From assembly GCA_934129885.1 (NCBI GenBank), contig CAKOWU010000004.1, forward strand, positions 857-64,856: DNA of 64,000 bases. Direction: 5' to 3'. Source of the DNA: an uncultured Bacilli bacterium (GTDB taxonomy: Bacteria; Bacillota_I; Bacilli_A; RF39; UBA660). Below are positions 52,003 to 62,149 of this stretch, in pieces. Positions within the stretch are counted from its first letter, which is position 1, and each line of letters begins with the position of its first letter. The notes beneath the pieces were generated by a model. It was given only the letters and a program-made list of their open reading frames with translations, searched no databases and was not told where the DNA came from. A program made the position numbers and the translations under genes.

Positions 52003-52416
52003 ATGGACAATAAAGTGGCACAAAATATGATTGTATTTATATTAGTTGGTATCGCAGTAATATTACTGACACCAGTCGCAGTAAGTTTCATTCAAAACAG
52101 TAGGGACAAAGCCGCTATAAGTGGAGCTGAAATGACTATGCAAGTAGTTCTAAATTTATACTTTGAATTAAATACAGACGATGTTATAGAATTACCTTTT
52201 GTTGTTGAATTTGAAGGAACAAAACAAAAAGTGTACACCAATAATGTATTATTAAAAGATGCTAAACTAAAGTATACAGGATCTGTTCCTAAAAGTGGCA
52301 AAATAATCATTGGAGATAACCAAAAAACAACCGCCAAAGATTTAATTTATAGCAACGGATATAAATGCAGTAAAGCACCCAACAGCAGTATGTATTGTGA
52401 ATTAAATAGTAAATAG
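52003..52416 (+). CDS. Degenerate pilin paralog lacking the G|FTLIE cleavage motif
   Basis: 'IAVILLTPVAVSFIQNSRDKAAISGAEMT' aligns with 'LAIVALVTTPTITSTINNSRLEGAKDKAW' in the ORF at 51306. It shares the C-terminal 'LKYTGS..KSG.I..G...YKCS' block with that gene. Confidence 0.45.
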   Translation: MDNKVAQNMIVFILVGIAVILLTPVAVSFIQNSRDKAAISGAEMTMQVVLNLYFELNTDDVIELPFVVEFEGTKQKVYTNNVLLKDAKLKYTGSVPKSGKIIIGDNQKTTAKDLIYSNGYKCSKAPNSSMYCELNSK

Positions 52417-52516
52417 AATGCCCCATTGCAACTCCTTAATGGTGCATTTTTTCTTGTAAAAATATACTTAATCTAGTATACTCTTAGTAAGAAGAAGGGT
52501 TCTTTATAAAAAAGTA

Positions 52517-54146
52517 TTGCCGATAGTAATTGATAATTTTTCTAATATAATTAATGACGAATTTTACTATGTACACAAAACTAAAGCAATAGAAGAGTTG
52601 CTTGATAGTAGAGGGGAAGTAAAATCATTTCCTCGCCCTAGGAAATTTGGTAAAACATTGTTTATGTCAACACTAGAAAACTTTTTTGATATAGATAAAA
52701 AAGATGTTAACAAGGATTTATTTAAAGGCTTATACATAAATAATACTAAATATAAAGATGTACAAAATACATATTCTGTGATAAGCATGTCTTTAAAAAG
52801 TCTTAAACAAAGAACATTTAAAGATGTAATAGAACAGTATAAAATATTAATCGCAAGTATTTATGATAAAGATATGTTCTTGAGTGTTTGGAAAAAGAAA
52901 AAAAATATACAATAAAATTTTATCTAAAACGAGTGATATGGGTGAACTTAAAGATTCAATATTATTTTTAAGTAACTGTCTATATAAGTATCATAATAAA
53001 CAAGTAATTATTCTAATAGATGAATATGATGTACCAATACAAGAAGGCTATTTGGACGGCTTTTATGACGAGATAATAGATTTTATGAAATCATTTTTAT
53101 CAAATACTTTGAAATCAAATGATTATCTTAAAATGGGTATTTTAATTGGTGTTTTTAAAGTATCTAAAGAAAGTATATTTAGTGATTTAAATAATTTAGA
53201 AGTATATAGTATTATAGATGATAGTTATGAGGAATATTTGGGCTTTACAGAAAGTGAAACTAAAGAATTACTTGAGTATTATGATTTGTCTTTAACCAAA
53301 AAGGTAAAAGAAATGTATAACGGCTATGATTTTGGTGGAACTCCAATATATAACCCTTGGAGTATACTTAATTATGCCAAAAGAATAATAATGGATGCAT
53401 ACTTGGTAAACACAAGTGGCAATGACTTAATAAGAAGTTTGCTTTTAAAAACGGATGGTGCAAATAAATCGCAATTAGAAAAACTTGCTTTAGGTAATAG
53501 TTTAACTTTTACATATGATGATAAAATAACATATCAAGACTTTAATGATTACAATAATATAAATACAATACTTAATATTATGTTTTCATCAAGCTATCTT
53601 ACGGTAGATAAAAGCATGGATACAGATGACGAGTTAATATACGCTAAAATACCAAATTTAGAGGTGAAAAAATTAATTACATGTATAATAGCTAACCTAA
53701 CAGACACCAATAGTTATAATAAAATACTTAATGAGGTAATATTATTTAACAGGGCTTTAAAAGAATATGATAAAAAAGAACTTGAAACCTTACTTAATAA
53801 AATGTTTGCATCTTTATCATATATGGATAGTCAAGAATACTTCTATCATGCGTATACTTTAGGTATCTTTAAATCATTACTAGATAATAGTGACTATATT
53901 ATAAAATCAAATAGAGAAGCCGGCAGTGGTAGATTCGATGTAATGATAAGAAAAACAGATAATAGCGTAGGGTATGTAATAGAGTTTAAACTAGCAAGCG
54001 CTGAAGAAGAAATGGAAACAAGCGCGAAGGACGCTATTAACCAGATGAAAGATAAAGAATATTATAAAGAACTAGAACTTGAGGGAGTAAACGATATAAA
54101 GGAAATTGCTATGGTATTTCATGGTAAAAAAGTAATTGTAAGATAA
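52517..54146 (+). pseudogene. AAA-ATPase-like (PF09820-type) N-domain + PD-(D/E)XK (DUF1703-type) C-domain protein, split by a frameshift in an A8 run (52898-52905)
   Basis: 'YYVHKTKAIEELLDSRGEVKSFPRPRKFGKTLFMSTLENFFD' is the family N-terminal signature. The C-terminus 'REAGSGRFDVMIRKTDNSVGYVIEFK' is the PD-(D/E)XK core. Deleting one A joins '...SVWKKKK' to 'IYNKILSKTS...'. Confidence 0.6.
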
Positions 54147-54150
54147 AGTG

Positions 54151-54190
54151 CGAGATGTAAACGTGAAAATAAACATCTCGCTTTTTTTCT
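54151..54190 (+). terminator. Rho-independent terminator before prfA
   Basis: The sequence is 'CGAGATGTaaacgtgaaaataaACATCTCGctttttttc'. Confidence 0.5.
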
Positions 54191-54231
54191 TATTTTATAG
54201 TATAATTGAAAAAGAAAAAGGAGACAAAATT

Positions 54232-55287
54232 ATGATAGAAAGATTAGAAGCCATAGAAAAAAGATATAACGAATTAAACGAAGAACTTATGAACCCAGAA
54301 ATTCTTAGTGACATAAAAAAAACAACATCCTTGTCAAAAGAACAGTCATCATTAAAAGACGCTTACGATGCCTATCAGAATTACAAAAAATTAAATACCG
54401 AATTGAATGATGCCAAAGAAATGACAAATGACAGTGAACTTGGCGACTTTGCTAAAGAAGAGGTAAATCGCATAAGCACGGAATTAAAAGAACTGGAAGC
54501 CAAAATAGAAATTATATTGCTTCCTAAAGATCCTAACGACGATAAAAACGTTATCGTTGAAATCAGAGGAGCCGCAGGAGGAGATGAAGCCAATATCTTC
54601 GCAGGTGACTTATACCGTATGTATACAAAATATGCCGAAAAAGAAGGTTGGAAATTAGAAGTACTATCAGAAGAACATTCAGATATGGGCGGCTTCCCAC
54701 TAGTAGAATTCATGGTCAAAGGCGATAAAGTATATTCAAAATTAAAATATGAAAGCGGTGCCCATAGAGTTCAAAGAGTCCCAGTAACCGAAACACAAGG
54801 GCGCGTACACACCTCAACTGCCACTGTCCTAGTTATGCCAGAAGCCGAAGAAGTAGACGTTGAAATAAAACCAGGCGACCTTAGAATTGATGTATATAGA
54901 AGTACTGGTGCTGGAGGACAATGCGTAAACACCACAGACTCAGCCGTTAGAATAACTCATATACCATCTGGTATCGTCGTAACCTGTCAAAACGAACGTA
55001 GTCAAATTCAAAATAAAGAAAAATGTATGCAGATGCTTAGAACACGACTTTATGAAGAAGAACAAAGAAAACAAGACGAAGCCCTAGGCAACGAAAGAAG
55101 AAACAAAATAGGTACTGGAGATAGGTCAGAAAAAATAAGAACTTATAATTACCCTCAAAATAGAGTTACCGATCACCGTATCGGTTTTACAACCAAAAAC
55201 CTAGATAGAGTAATGGAAGGTAACCTAGAAGAAATAATCGAAGCCCTTATCACAGAAGATCAAAATAGACGCTTAAGAGGAGAATAA
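54232..55287 (+). CDS. prfA: Peptide chain release factor 1
   Basis: '[25 protein letters not shown]' is the GGQ motif, and the RF1-type PxT region is present. The ATG at 54232 has an aaaggag RBS. Confidence 0.9.
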   Translation: MIERLEAIEKRYNELNEELMNPEILSDIKKTTSLSKEQSSLKDAYDAYQNYKKLNTELNDAKEMTNDSELGDFAKEEVNRISTELKELEAKIEIILLPKDPNDDKNVIVEIRGAAGGDEANIFAGDLYRMYTKYAEKEGWKLEVLSEEHSDMGGFPLVEFMVKGDKVYSKLKYESGAHRVQRVPVTETQGRVHTSTATVLVMPEAEEVDVEIKPGDLRIDVYRSTGAGGQCVNTTDSAVRITHIPSGIVVTCQNERSQIQNKEKCMQMLRTRLYEEEQRKQDEALGNERRNKIGTGDRSEKIRTYNYPQNRVTDHRIGFTTKNLDRVMEGNLEEIIEALITEDQNRRLRGE

Positions 55288-56012
55288 TGACAGATATAGA
55301 GTATCTAAAAAAATACCTAGATAAAGATAAATTAGAAGACGGCTTAAAAAGATTACAGAGTGGTGAACCAGTACAGTACATTATTGGTAACGTTGACTTT
55401 TACGGCAATATAATAAATGTAAATAAAAACGTTTTAATTCCAAGATTTGAAACTGAATTGCTCGTAGATAAAACAATAAAATATTTAAAAAAATATTTTA
55501 ATCAAGATAATGAAAAAATAAACATTTTAGATCTTGCCACCGGTAGCGGGAATATCGCCATATCACTAAAAAAAAATTTGTGCTCGCACGTAACTGCCAC
55601 CGATATATCAGAAGATGCCCTAAAAGTCGCAAGGCAAAATGCTAAAAACAATAACGCAACGGTTGACTTTTACCAAAGTGATATATTAAAAAATGTTAAA
55701 GGCACTTTCGACTGCATAATAAGTAACCCTCCTTACATTGCCTTTAATGAAGAAGTAGAAGAAATAGTCAAAAATAACGAACCGCATATTGCACTCTATG
55801 CCGAAAATAATGGGCTAAAGTATTATGAAGATATCTTATCAGGTGCAGGTAAACACCTTAATAAAAAAGCAATTATAGCTTTTGAAATAGGTAGAACGCA
55901 AGGCGATAGAATAAAAGCCATTGCTCGAAAGTACTTTAAAAACGCCAAAGTGTCCGTAGAGAAAGATTTCACAGGTAATGATAGATTTGTTTTTGTATTT
56001 ATAAATATATAA
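55287..56012 (+). CDS. prmC: Release factor glutamine N5-methyltransferase PrmC/HemK
   Basis: 'ILDLATGSGNIAI' and 'NPPYI' are present. It is translationally coupled to prfA. Confidence 0.85.
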   Translation: MTDIEYLKKYLDKDKLEDGLKRLQSGEPVQYIIGNVDFYGNIINVNKNVLIPRFETELLVDKTIKYLKKYFNQDNEKINILDLATGSGNIAISLKKNLCSHVTATDISEDALKVARQNAKNNNATVDFYQSDILKNVKGTFDCIISNPPYIAFNEEVEEIVKNNEPHIALYAENNGLKYYEDILSGAGKHLNKKAIIAFEIGRTQGDRIKAIARKYFKNAKVSVEKDFTGNDRFVFVFINI

Positions 56013-56024
56013 TGAGGTGATAAT

Positions 56025-57440
56025 ATGAATGATAAAAATAAAAAAATAGAAGAGGCCAAAGAATTCTTTAAAGTATTTAGGACACCTAAAGGCAAAGAAA
56101 TCAAAGTAAAAAAAATTACTGATGATAAGATTTTAGAACTACACCAAAAGATAAAAGAAACTTTTCCAAAGGAATATAAAGAGGCTATGCAAAAAATAAG
56201 AAATTCTAATTCAAACTCACATGAACAAAACTACCAATTTTATAGCAATAGTGCTTTACATGATGCTTATAAATTTTTTGCGTATTATGACGTGGGTCAA
56301 AAAGAAGGTTATAACGTGAGTGCTCTTACGGATAAAGAAGTAATGGCATTGTATTTAGATATAAAAATGAATTATCCAACAACATATAATTCTGTAATGG
56401 AGAAAATGAGAAAAACTATTAAACCTAGAAAAGTTATTATCCCAAGTAATTCTAGTTTAAGTAGTGGTAGTATGTCTAAGGCCGCCTCTAAAAGTAGCGG
56501 GGATACCTTCATCGAACCCAAAAAGCAAAATAATGATTTAGAAGAAAATAAAAAGAAAGCCATGGATAGTTTATATCCAGAAAAGCCTGATGATAATATA
56601 AGTAAAGATAATCAAGATAATCCCCAAAATAAAGAATTGGATGATTTAGAAAAGCAAAGAAAACAAGACGCTGCCGATAAAGAAGCAGCCATAAATTCTT
56701 TGCATCCAGAAGATAATGTAGTAGATAATGATAATGTTGACTTATCAAAATTTGGTTTGTCAGATGATGAAAACGAAAAAGACGAACCCCCAGTTAAGGT
56801 TACAAATAAAAGAAATATTGCAAAAGATAAATTATTAAACTTATTAGATAAACTAAAAAATGATAGAGCATTTAGGAAACAAGTTATAATTGGGGTTGCT
56901 GTCGCAGTTGCCGGTATCGCAGCTATAGGTAGTGCTATCGCCTATACTGCTGTAACAGGTGACGGTTCTGTTATGAATAATGCTGCTGATGTAGCTAATC
57001 AAGCAGTAAACACTACTAGTCAAAGCGTAGATGCAAATACTTTTGCGGCCGCAAGTAACTTTGACTTAAACTCTGTAAATTTAAATAACGTAAACTTTGA
57101 CTTAAATAATGTTGCGGAAATATATAGTAATGCAGGGGATGCTGCAAACCTAACCGGAGGACTTGCACCAGATTCATCTGCGGGTGAAGTTTATATGGCT
57201 GATTTATTCAATAACGCCACAGGTGAGTATATGAATATCGATCCAAACAAATTAAACTTAGATGAACTAAATGCCCTAATTAATAATGGCGACTATAGCG
57301 TTGCCTATACCAATAGTGCTGATTTAGTAGGACAAGGCGGCGACAAACTCGCAAACGCCGGACAAATAACAGGATTTGGCAATGTTAATGACTATATAGA
57401 TATGGCCAAAGAAACAATACAAAATAGTAAGGGGCTATAA
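56025..57440 (+). CDS. Hypothetical single-pass membrane protein with a duplicated ~55-aa N-terminal domain and an Asn/Ala-rich C-terminus
   Basis: There is an internal repeat, 'FFKVFRTPKGKEIKVKKITDDKILELHQKIKETFPKEYKEAMQKIR' // 'FFAYYDVGQKEGYNVSALTDKEVMALYLDIKMNYPTTYNSVMEKMR'. The TM segment is 'VIIGVAVAVAGIAAIGSAIAYTAV'. Confidence 0.4.
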   Translation: MNDKNKKIEEAKEFFKVFRTPKGKEIKVKKITDDKILELHQKIKETFPKEYKEAMQKIRNSNSNSHEQNYQFYSNSALHDAYKFFAYYDVGQKEGYNVSALTDKEVMALYLDIKMNYPTTYNSVMEKMRKTIKPRKVIIPSNSSLSSGSMSKAASKSSGDTFIEPKKQNNDLEENKKKAMDSLYPEKPDDNISKDNQDNPQNKELDDLEKQRKQDAADKEAAINSLHPEDNVVDNDNVDLSKFGLSDDENEKDEPPVKVTNKRNIAKDKLLNLLDKLKNDRAFRKQVIIGVAVAVAGIAAIGSAIAYTAVTGDGSVMNNAADVANQAVNTTSQSVDANTFAAASNFDLNSVNLNNVNFDLNNVAEIYSNAGDAANLTGGLAPDSSAGEVYMADLFNNATGEYMNIDPNKLNLDELNALINNGDYSVAYTNSADLVGQGGDKLANAGQITGFGNVNDYIDMAKETIQNSKGL

Positions 57441-57441
57441 T

Positions 57442-57714
57442 ATGAATGATTTATATAATTTAATAGAAATTGGAGACGGTAAAAAGTGGTTTATCGCCGC
57501 TCGTACCCAGTATAAAAATGAATGGTATGGCTATCTAATTAGAATAAATGATACCGAAGACGATTTTCTTGATGAATATCGGGTTATCAAAACCATTATC
57601 AAAGAAGATGGTGAATACGTAAGTGTAATAAAAAATAGAGATACTCTAAAAGAAGTTATCCCACTTTTATTACCTGAAGTAAAAGAATACTTAAAGGCAA
57701 AAGGACAAGATTAA
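57442..57714 (+). CDS. Small hypothetical protein (90 aa)
   Basis: It is an ORF coupled to the upstream gene, with no recognised family. Confidence 0.3.
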   Translation: MNDLYNLIEIGDGKKWFIAARTQYKNEWYGYLIRINDTEDDFLDEYRVIKTIIKEDGEYVSVIKNRDTLKEVIPLLLPEVKEYLKAKGQD

Positions 57715-57777
57715 AATCTTGCTTTTTTCTTGTAATAAAGAAAAAAATAGTATACAATTATTATTAGGGTGAACAAT

Positions 57778-58296
57778 ATGAAAAGAACAGGATTTACACT
57801 AATCGAATTAATGGGTGCAGTCATAATATTATCTTTAATTGCTTTACTTGCATTCCCGTCAGTCGTAAACATGATAAAATCTGCGGATGAAGAAATAGAC
57901 AGTGCACTCAAAGAAAAACTCATCTCCGCAGCGGAGCAGTACGTCAATGATAATGCAGACGACTTTCCAATGACTAAATCAAATAATTATTCAAAATGCG
58001 AACAACTACCAAATAATGCTTATAACTTATCTGTTGATGTCTATGACGATCTTTTAAATGGCGAGTATATAGATGAGGATCTATTAGACGAATATAATAA
58101 AAACAAGGATGAAAGTGAGCAAATCATTAAAGGTGGAAATAAAAATTTAAGAACAATATACGTAGGCAATATATATTATGAAAAAACATATAAGAAAGAA
58201 TATAATACTGGAAACGATAAAACCACTACAACTACAAATAAAAAGGCAATACAAAAATATTGCTATAAATATGGAGGAGACCTCAAAAATGAATAA
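57778..58296 (+). CDS. Type IV prepilin-like protein
   Basis: The canonical motif 'MKRTG|FTLIELMGAVIILSLIALLAF' is present. The upstream promoter is TTGTAA-15-TATACA. Confidence 0.7.
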   Translation: MKRTGFTLIELMGAVIILSLIALLAFPSVVNMIKSADEEIDSALKEKLISAAEQYVNDNADDFPMTKSNNYSKCEQLPNNAYNLSVDVYDDLLNGEYIDEDLLDEYNKNKDESEQIIKGGNKNLRTIYVGNIYYEKTYKKEYNTGNDKTTTTTNKKAIQKYCYKYGGDLKNE

Positions 58297-58789
58297 GAAA
58301 GCCTTTACCTTACTTGAACTGCTCGCGGTTATTATAATCATTGCCATCCTTGCACTTGTAACCGTGCCTACCGTAACCAACATCATAAAAAACTCTAGAA
58401 ATTCTACCTTTCAAGATAGTGTGCATGCTCTCTATAAATCTGGCGTGAGTTATCACGAAGAAAGCACAATTAACTCAAGCATAAAATTGCCACTCGTCGT
58501 AAAATTTACAAACAAAAAAGTCACATATTATACTCAGAGTGAAGATAAAACCGCTTGTGAGACTGCCACAGTTACAAATAGTAACGAACTAGAATATAGT
58601 GGTCAAAATCTAGAAGATGCAACATTGACTATTACAAAAGAGGGCACTATTAATATTGCTGCTTGGAATAAAAATGATAAATCTTGTTACCAAATCACCA
58701 GTGATAGTAAAAAAGTTATCAAACTAGAAAGCATTAAAAATAAAGCCGCCTGCAGCATAGATATTAACGCTATATGCACATCAAAATAA
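58290..58789 (+). CDS. Type IV prepilin-like protein, related to the ORF at 51306
   Basis: The RBS is GGAGGAG and the signal is 'MNKKA|FTLLELLAVIIIIAILALVTVPTVTNIIKNSR'. A terminator lies at 58790-58822. Confidence 0.7.
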
Positions 58790-58850
58790 ACATAGAGCCT
58801 ATCTATGTTTTTTATTTTTTCTATCGTCTTGCAAAAAACACCCCATAATG

Positions 58851-58871
58851 TTATCATTAATATGGTGATAA
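58851..58871 (+). promoter_or_regulatory. Palindromic operator-like site TTATCA-N9-TGATAA between the -10 region and the RBS of nifS
   Basis: It was read directly. Confidence 0.3.
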
Positions 58872-58874
58872 TTT

Positions 58875-59981
58875 ATGACATATTTAGATTATAGTGCAAC
58901 TACACCAGTAGATGACGAAGTATTAAAAACATTTGTAAAAGCCTCAAAATATATAGGCAACCCTAATTCACTTCACAAACTAGGTATAAATGCCAAAGAA
59001 CTAATAGACGCTAGTACAAATCAAATTGCAAATATCCTTGGCGTAAAAGCGAACGAAATAATATATACATCTGGAGCATCCGAAGCTAACAATACTGTTA
59101 TTAAAGGTATAGAAAACTATAAAAGCAGAGGTAACCATATAATAACAACCAACCTAGAACACTCATCAATATATGGACCTTTAAAATATATGCAAGACCG
59201 TGGCTATGAAATATCATACGTTCCTTTAAAAAACGGATTAGTAGATATGGATGCCCTAGAAAACATGATAACAGATAAAACAGTACTCGTAACTATAAGT
59301 GCTGTAAATAGTGAAACAGGCGTTAGACAAAATATTGAGCAAATAGGACAGATGTTAAAAAAATATCCTAAAGTAATATTTCATAGTGATATAACGCAGG
59401 CTGTTGGTAAAATAAATATTGATTTAGCAAATGTCGATCTAGCATCTTTCTCAGCCCATAAATTCTTTGGTATAAAAGGAATAGGGGCTTTAATAAAAAA
59501 AGAAAATATAACCCTAACCCCTTTAATAGCGGGCGGTAAAAGCACAACTGCGTATAGAAGCGGTACACCACCAACATCTCTAATCGCCAGCATGGCTAAA
59601 GCTCTTAGATTAGCACATGAAAACTTAAACGTTAAATATGTAGAAGAGTTAAATAATAAAATAAAAAGTAAACTAAAAACCTATGAAAAAGTGCATATCA
59701 ATAGTAATGAATTTTCAGTACCTCATATCTTAAATTTTAGTATTTCAGGCGTAAAACCAGAAACCTTTCTTCATGCTTTAGAAGAAGATGAAGTATATAT
59801 ATCAACCCAAAGTGCTTGTGCTAAAGGTAATAGCTCCAGATCTGTTTTAGCACTTACCGGTAGTGAGGACCTCGCCACAACTAGCCTTAGAATAAGTTTG
59901 TCCATTAAAACAACCATGCAAGATGTAAATCGGTTTTTAGATAGTTTTGATAAAAATTATAGAAAGTTGGTTATAAAATGA
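58875..59981 (+). CDS. Cysteine desulfurase (NifS/IscS-like class V aminotransferase)
   Basis: The PLP-lysine motif 'SAHKFFGIKGIGAL' and 'LDYSATTP' are present. Confidence 0.85.
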   Translation: MTYLDYSATTPVDDEVLKTFVKASKYIGNPNSLHKLGINAKELIDASTNQIANILGVKANEIIYTSGASEANNTVIKGIENYKSRGNHIITTNLEHSSIYGPLKYMQDRGYEISYVPLKNGLVDMDALENMITDKTVLVTISAVNSETGVRQNIEQIGQMLKKYPKVIFHSDITQAVGKINIDLANVDLASFSAHKFFGIKGIGALIKKENITLTPLIAGGKSTTAYRSGTPPTSLIASMAKALRLAHENLNVKYVEELNNKIKSKLKTYEKVHINSNEFSVPHILNFSISGVKPETFLHALEEDEVYISTQSACAKGNSSRSVLALTGSEDLATTSLRISLSIKTTMQDVNRFLDSFDKNYRKLVIK

Positions 59982-59982
59982 G
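59959..59982 (+). repeat. Left copy of a perfect 24-bp direct repeat, ATAGAAAGTTGGTTATAAAATGAG. It spans the nifS 3' end and the ATG of the LRR-like gene.
   Basis: It is identical to 62146-62169. Confidence 0.8.
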
Positions 59983-62149
59983 CGAAGCAAATGCATGGAT
60001 AGACATGATAACAAAATTATATACTCATCTGCATGAGTCAGATGCAGTAATGCATACCTCTAATGAAAATACAAAGAAAAGAGAAAGAATATATAAATAC
60101 TTTGAAAGATTAGAAAGAGTACATAATAAAGTTTCAAATAGTAAAAATAAATCATCAGAACTATTACTTAAAAAATTTTATTATGATATGTATGTTGTAA
60201 AACCAGAAAATATTCCAGATAGTTACTTTCAAAATGAACAAAGAATAATGCGAGAAAGAGGGTATGGCAACGTTGAATTAACATCAGAAAGAAAACAAAT
60301 ACTAATAGATCAAATAATATCCGATCAAAAAGAAAGCCTTGATAAATGGATTGAATATTTTCTTTACGACGAAGAAAGTAAATCATATGAAATGTGGGAG
60401 AAATATTGGGTATTTCAAGGACTACAAAAACTAGGGAAATTTGATAAAGAAAAAATGAAATTTTCCAAAAGAGATAAAACAACAGTTTATCCGTTCCCAC
60501 CAGTAGAAAGAGAAGCCATATTTAGTACTTTGAAACTAATGGAAGACTATATAAAAGGTAAAGATACTGAAGAAGAAATAAGAAATGCTTTGGGTAGTGG
60601 AAACTTTAAAACTTTATACGAATATTCCATGAAACAAATGATGCAAAAAGGAGAAAAGCAAAATAATGCTACCGAAGGTAAATGGGTTAAATATGAACAA
60701 GGTTCTGATTATAATTTACTAAGAAACTCACTCCAAGGCTATTATACAGGTTGGTGTACTGCCGCCGGTGAAAACTTTGCTAAAGGACAGTTAGCAAATG
60801 GAGACTTCTATGTTTATTACACCATGGATGAAAATAATGAACCTAAAGTACCTAGAATAGCCATAAGAATGGACGGAAAGGACACCATAGGAGAAATAAG
60901 AGGCATCGCAGATAATCAAAATATGGAGCCAGAAATGATGCCTATATTAAATGAAAAATTAGAAGAATTTCCAGATAAAGATAGATATCAAAAGAAAGAA
61001 TACGATATGCAATACTTAACATCCATAGACAGAAAAGTAAAAAAAGGTATTGAACTATCTGTAGATGAATTAAGGTTTTTATATGAAATAGACAGCGAAA
61101 TTGAGGGATTTGGATATCGAAAAGATCCTAGAATAAAAGAAATAAAGTCTAATAGAGATAAATATGAAGATTTAGCAAAAATATTTAATTGTACTAAAGA
61201 TGAAATATCAGACGATAAAAATGATGTTTTAAGTGGTAAGAAATTAGTGTATTTTCATGGTGACCTTGATTTGGAAGAATTAACCACTGCCGAAGGACTT
61301 GTTTTACCAGAAAAAATAGGCGGCTATTTAGACTTGCGCGGATTAACCAGTGCCGAAGGCTTAGTCTTGCCAAAAGAAATAGGTGGAACTCTTTACTTAA
61401 ATAGCCTAACAAGTGCCGAAGGCTTAGTTTTTCCAAAAGAAATCGGTGAAGCTCTTTACTTAAATAGCCTAACCAGTGCAGAAAACTTAATCTTGCCAGA
61501 GAAATTAGGAAGCGATCTTGGTTTAAATAGCCTAACAAGTGCCGCCAGTTTAATTATGCCAAAAGAAATAGGTGGAACTCTTTACTTAAATAGCCTAATA
61601 AGTGCCGAAAGTTTAGTTATGCCAAAAAAAATTGGTGGAACTCTTCACTTAAATAGCCTAATAAGTGCCGAAGGTTTAGTCTTGCCAGAAGAAATCGGTG
61701 TAACTCTTCGCTTAAATAGCTTAACAAGTGCCGAAGGCTTAGTCTTGCCAGAAAAAATAAATAATTCTCTTTGCTTAGATAGTCTAACAAGTGCCGAAGG
61801 TTTAGTTATGCCGAAAGAAATCGGTGGAACTCTTCACTTAAATAGCCTAACAAGTGCAGAAAACTTAATCTTGCCCGAGGAATTAGGCGGTGATCTTTGG
61901 TTAAATAGCCTAACAAGTGCTGACGGTTTAGTTATGCCAAAAGAAATCGGTGGAACTCTTTACTTGGAGGGATTAACCACAGTCGATGGTTTAATGTTAC
62001 CAGAAAATTTTGATTTAGATAACTTGATTATTGATGAATCACTTGAAGAAGAAATAATGCCAAACCCAAATAAATACTATAGACATCCAGAAATCACTCA
62101 AAATGATATTTTAAATAATAGTAAAACGGAAGTTCATAAAACAAGATAG
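59978..62149 (+). CDS. Cytoplasmic protein with an unknown ~430-aa N-terminal domain and 12 tandem 21-aa LRR-like repeats (consensus LyLNSLTSAEGLVLPKEIGGT)
   Basis: It has no signal peptide. Its ATG is shared with the nifS stop (ATGA). The repeats are near-identical at the DNA level. The N-domain motif 'YYTGWCTAAGENFAKGQLANGDFYVYY' was not recognised. Confidence 0.55.
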   Translation: MSEANAWIDMITKLYTHLHESDAVMHTSNENTKKRERIYKYFERLERVHNKVSNSKNKSSELLLKKFYYDMYVVKPENIPDSYFQNEQRIMRERGYGNVELTSERKQILIDQIISDQKESLDKWIEYFLYDEESKSYEMWEKYWVFQGLQKLGKFDKEKMKFSKRDKTTVYPFPPVEREAIFSTLKLMEDYIKGKDTEEEIRNALGSGNFKTLYEYSMKQMMQKGEKQNNATEGKWVKYEQGSDYNLLRNSLQGYYTGWCTAAGENFAKGQLANGDFYVYYTMDENNEPKVPRIAIRMDGKDTIGEIRGIADNQNMEPEMMPILNEKLEEFPDKDRYQKKEYDMQYLTSIDRKVKKGIELSVDELRFLYEIDSEIEGFGYRKDPRIKEIKSNRDKYEDLAKIFNCTKDEISDDKNDVLSGKKLVYFHGDLDLEELTTAEGLVLPEKIGGYLDLRGLTSAEGLVLPKEIGGTLYLNSLTSAEGLVFPKEIGEALYLNSLTSAENLILPEKLGSDLGLNSLTSAASLIMPKEIGGTLYLNSLISAESLVMPKKIGGTLHLNSLISAEGLVLPEEIGVTLRLNSLTSAEGLVLPEKINNSLCLDSLTSAEGLVMPKEIGGTLHLNSLTSAENLILPEELGGDLWLNSLTSADGLVMPKEIGGTLYLEGLTTVDGLMLPENFDLDNLIIDESLEEEIMPNPNKYYRHPEITQNDILNNSKTEVHKTR
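61265..62020 (+). repeat. Twelve tandem 63-bp coding repeats
   Basis: Periodicity was read directly. Each unit encodes one 21-aa LRR-like repeat. Confidence 0.8.

Noticed and set aside
61194-61538. Minus-strand ORF (114 aa) inside the repeat array
   Set aside because: It is an artefact of repetitive sequence opposite a well-supported coding frame.
61265-62020. CRISPR array or satellite suggested by regular 63-bp periodicity
   Set aside because: The repeats are in frame inside a long ORF, have no unique spacers, and encode an LRR-like peptide unit. No cas genes are present.
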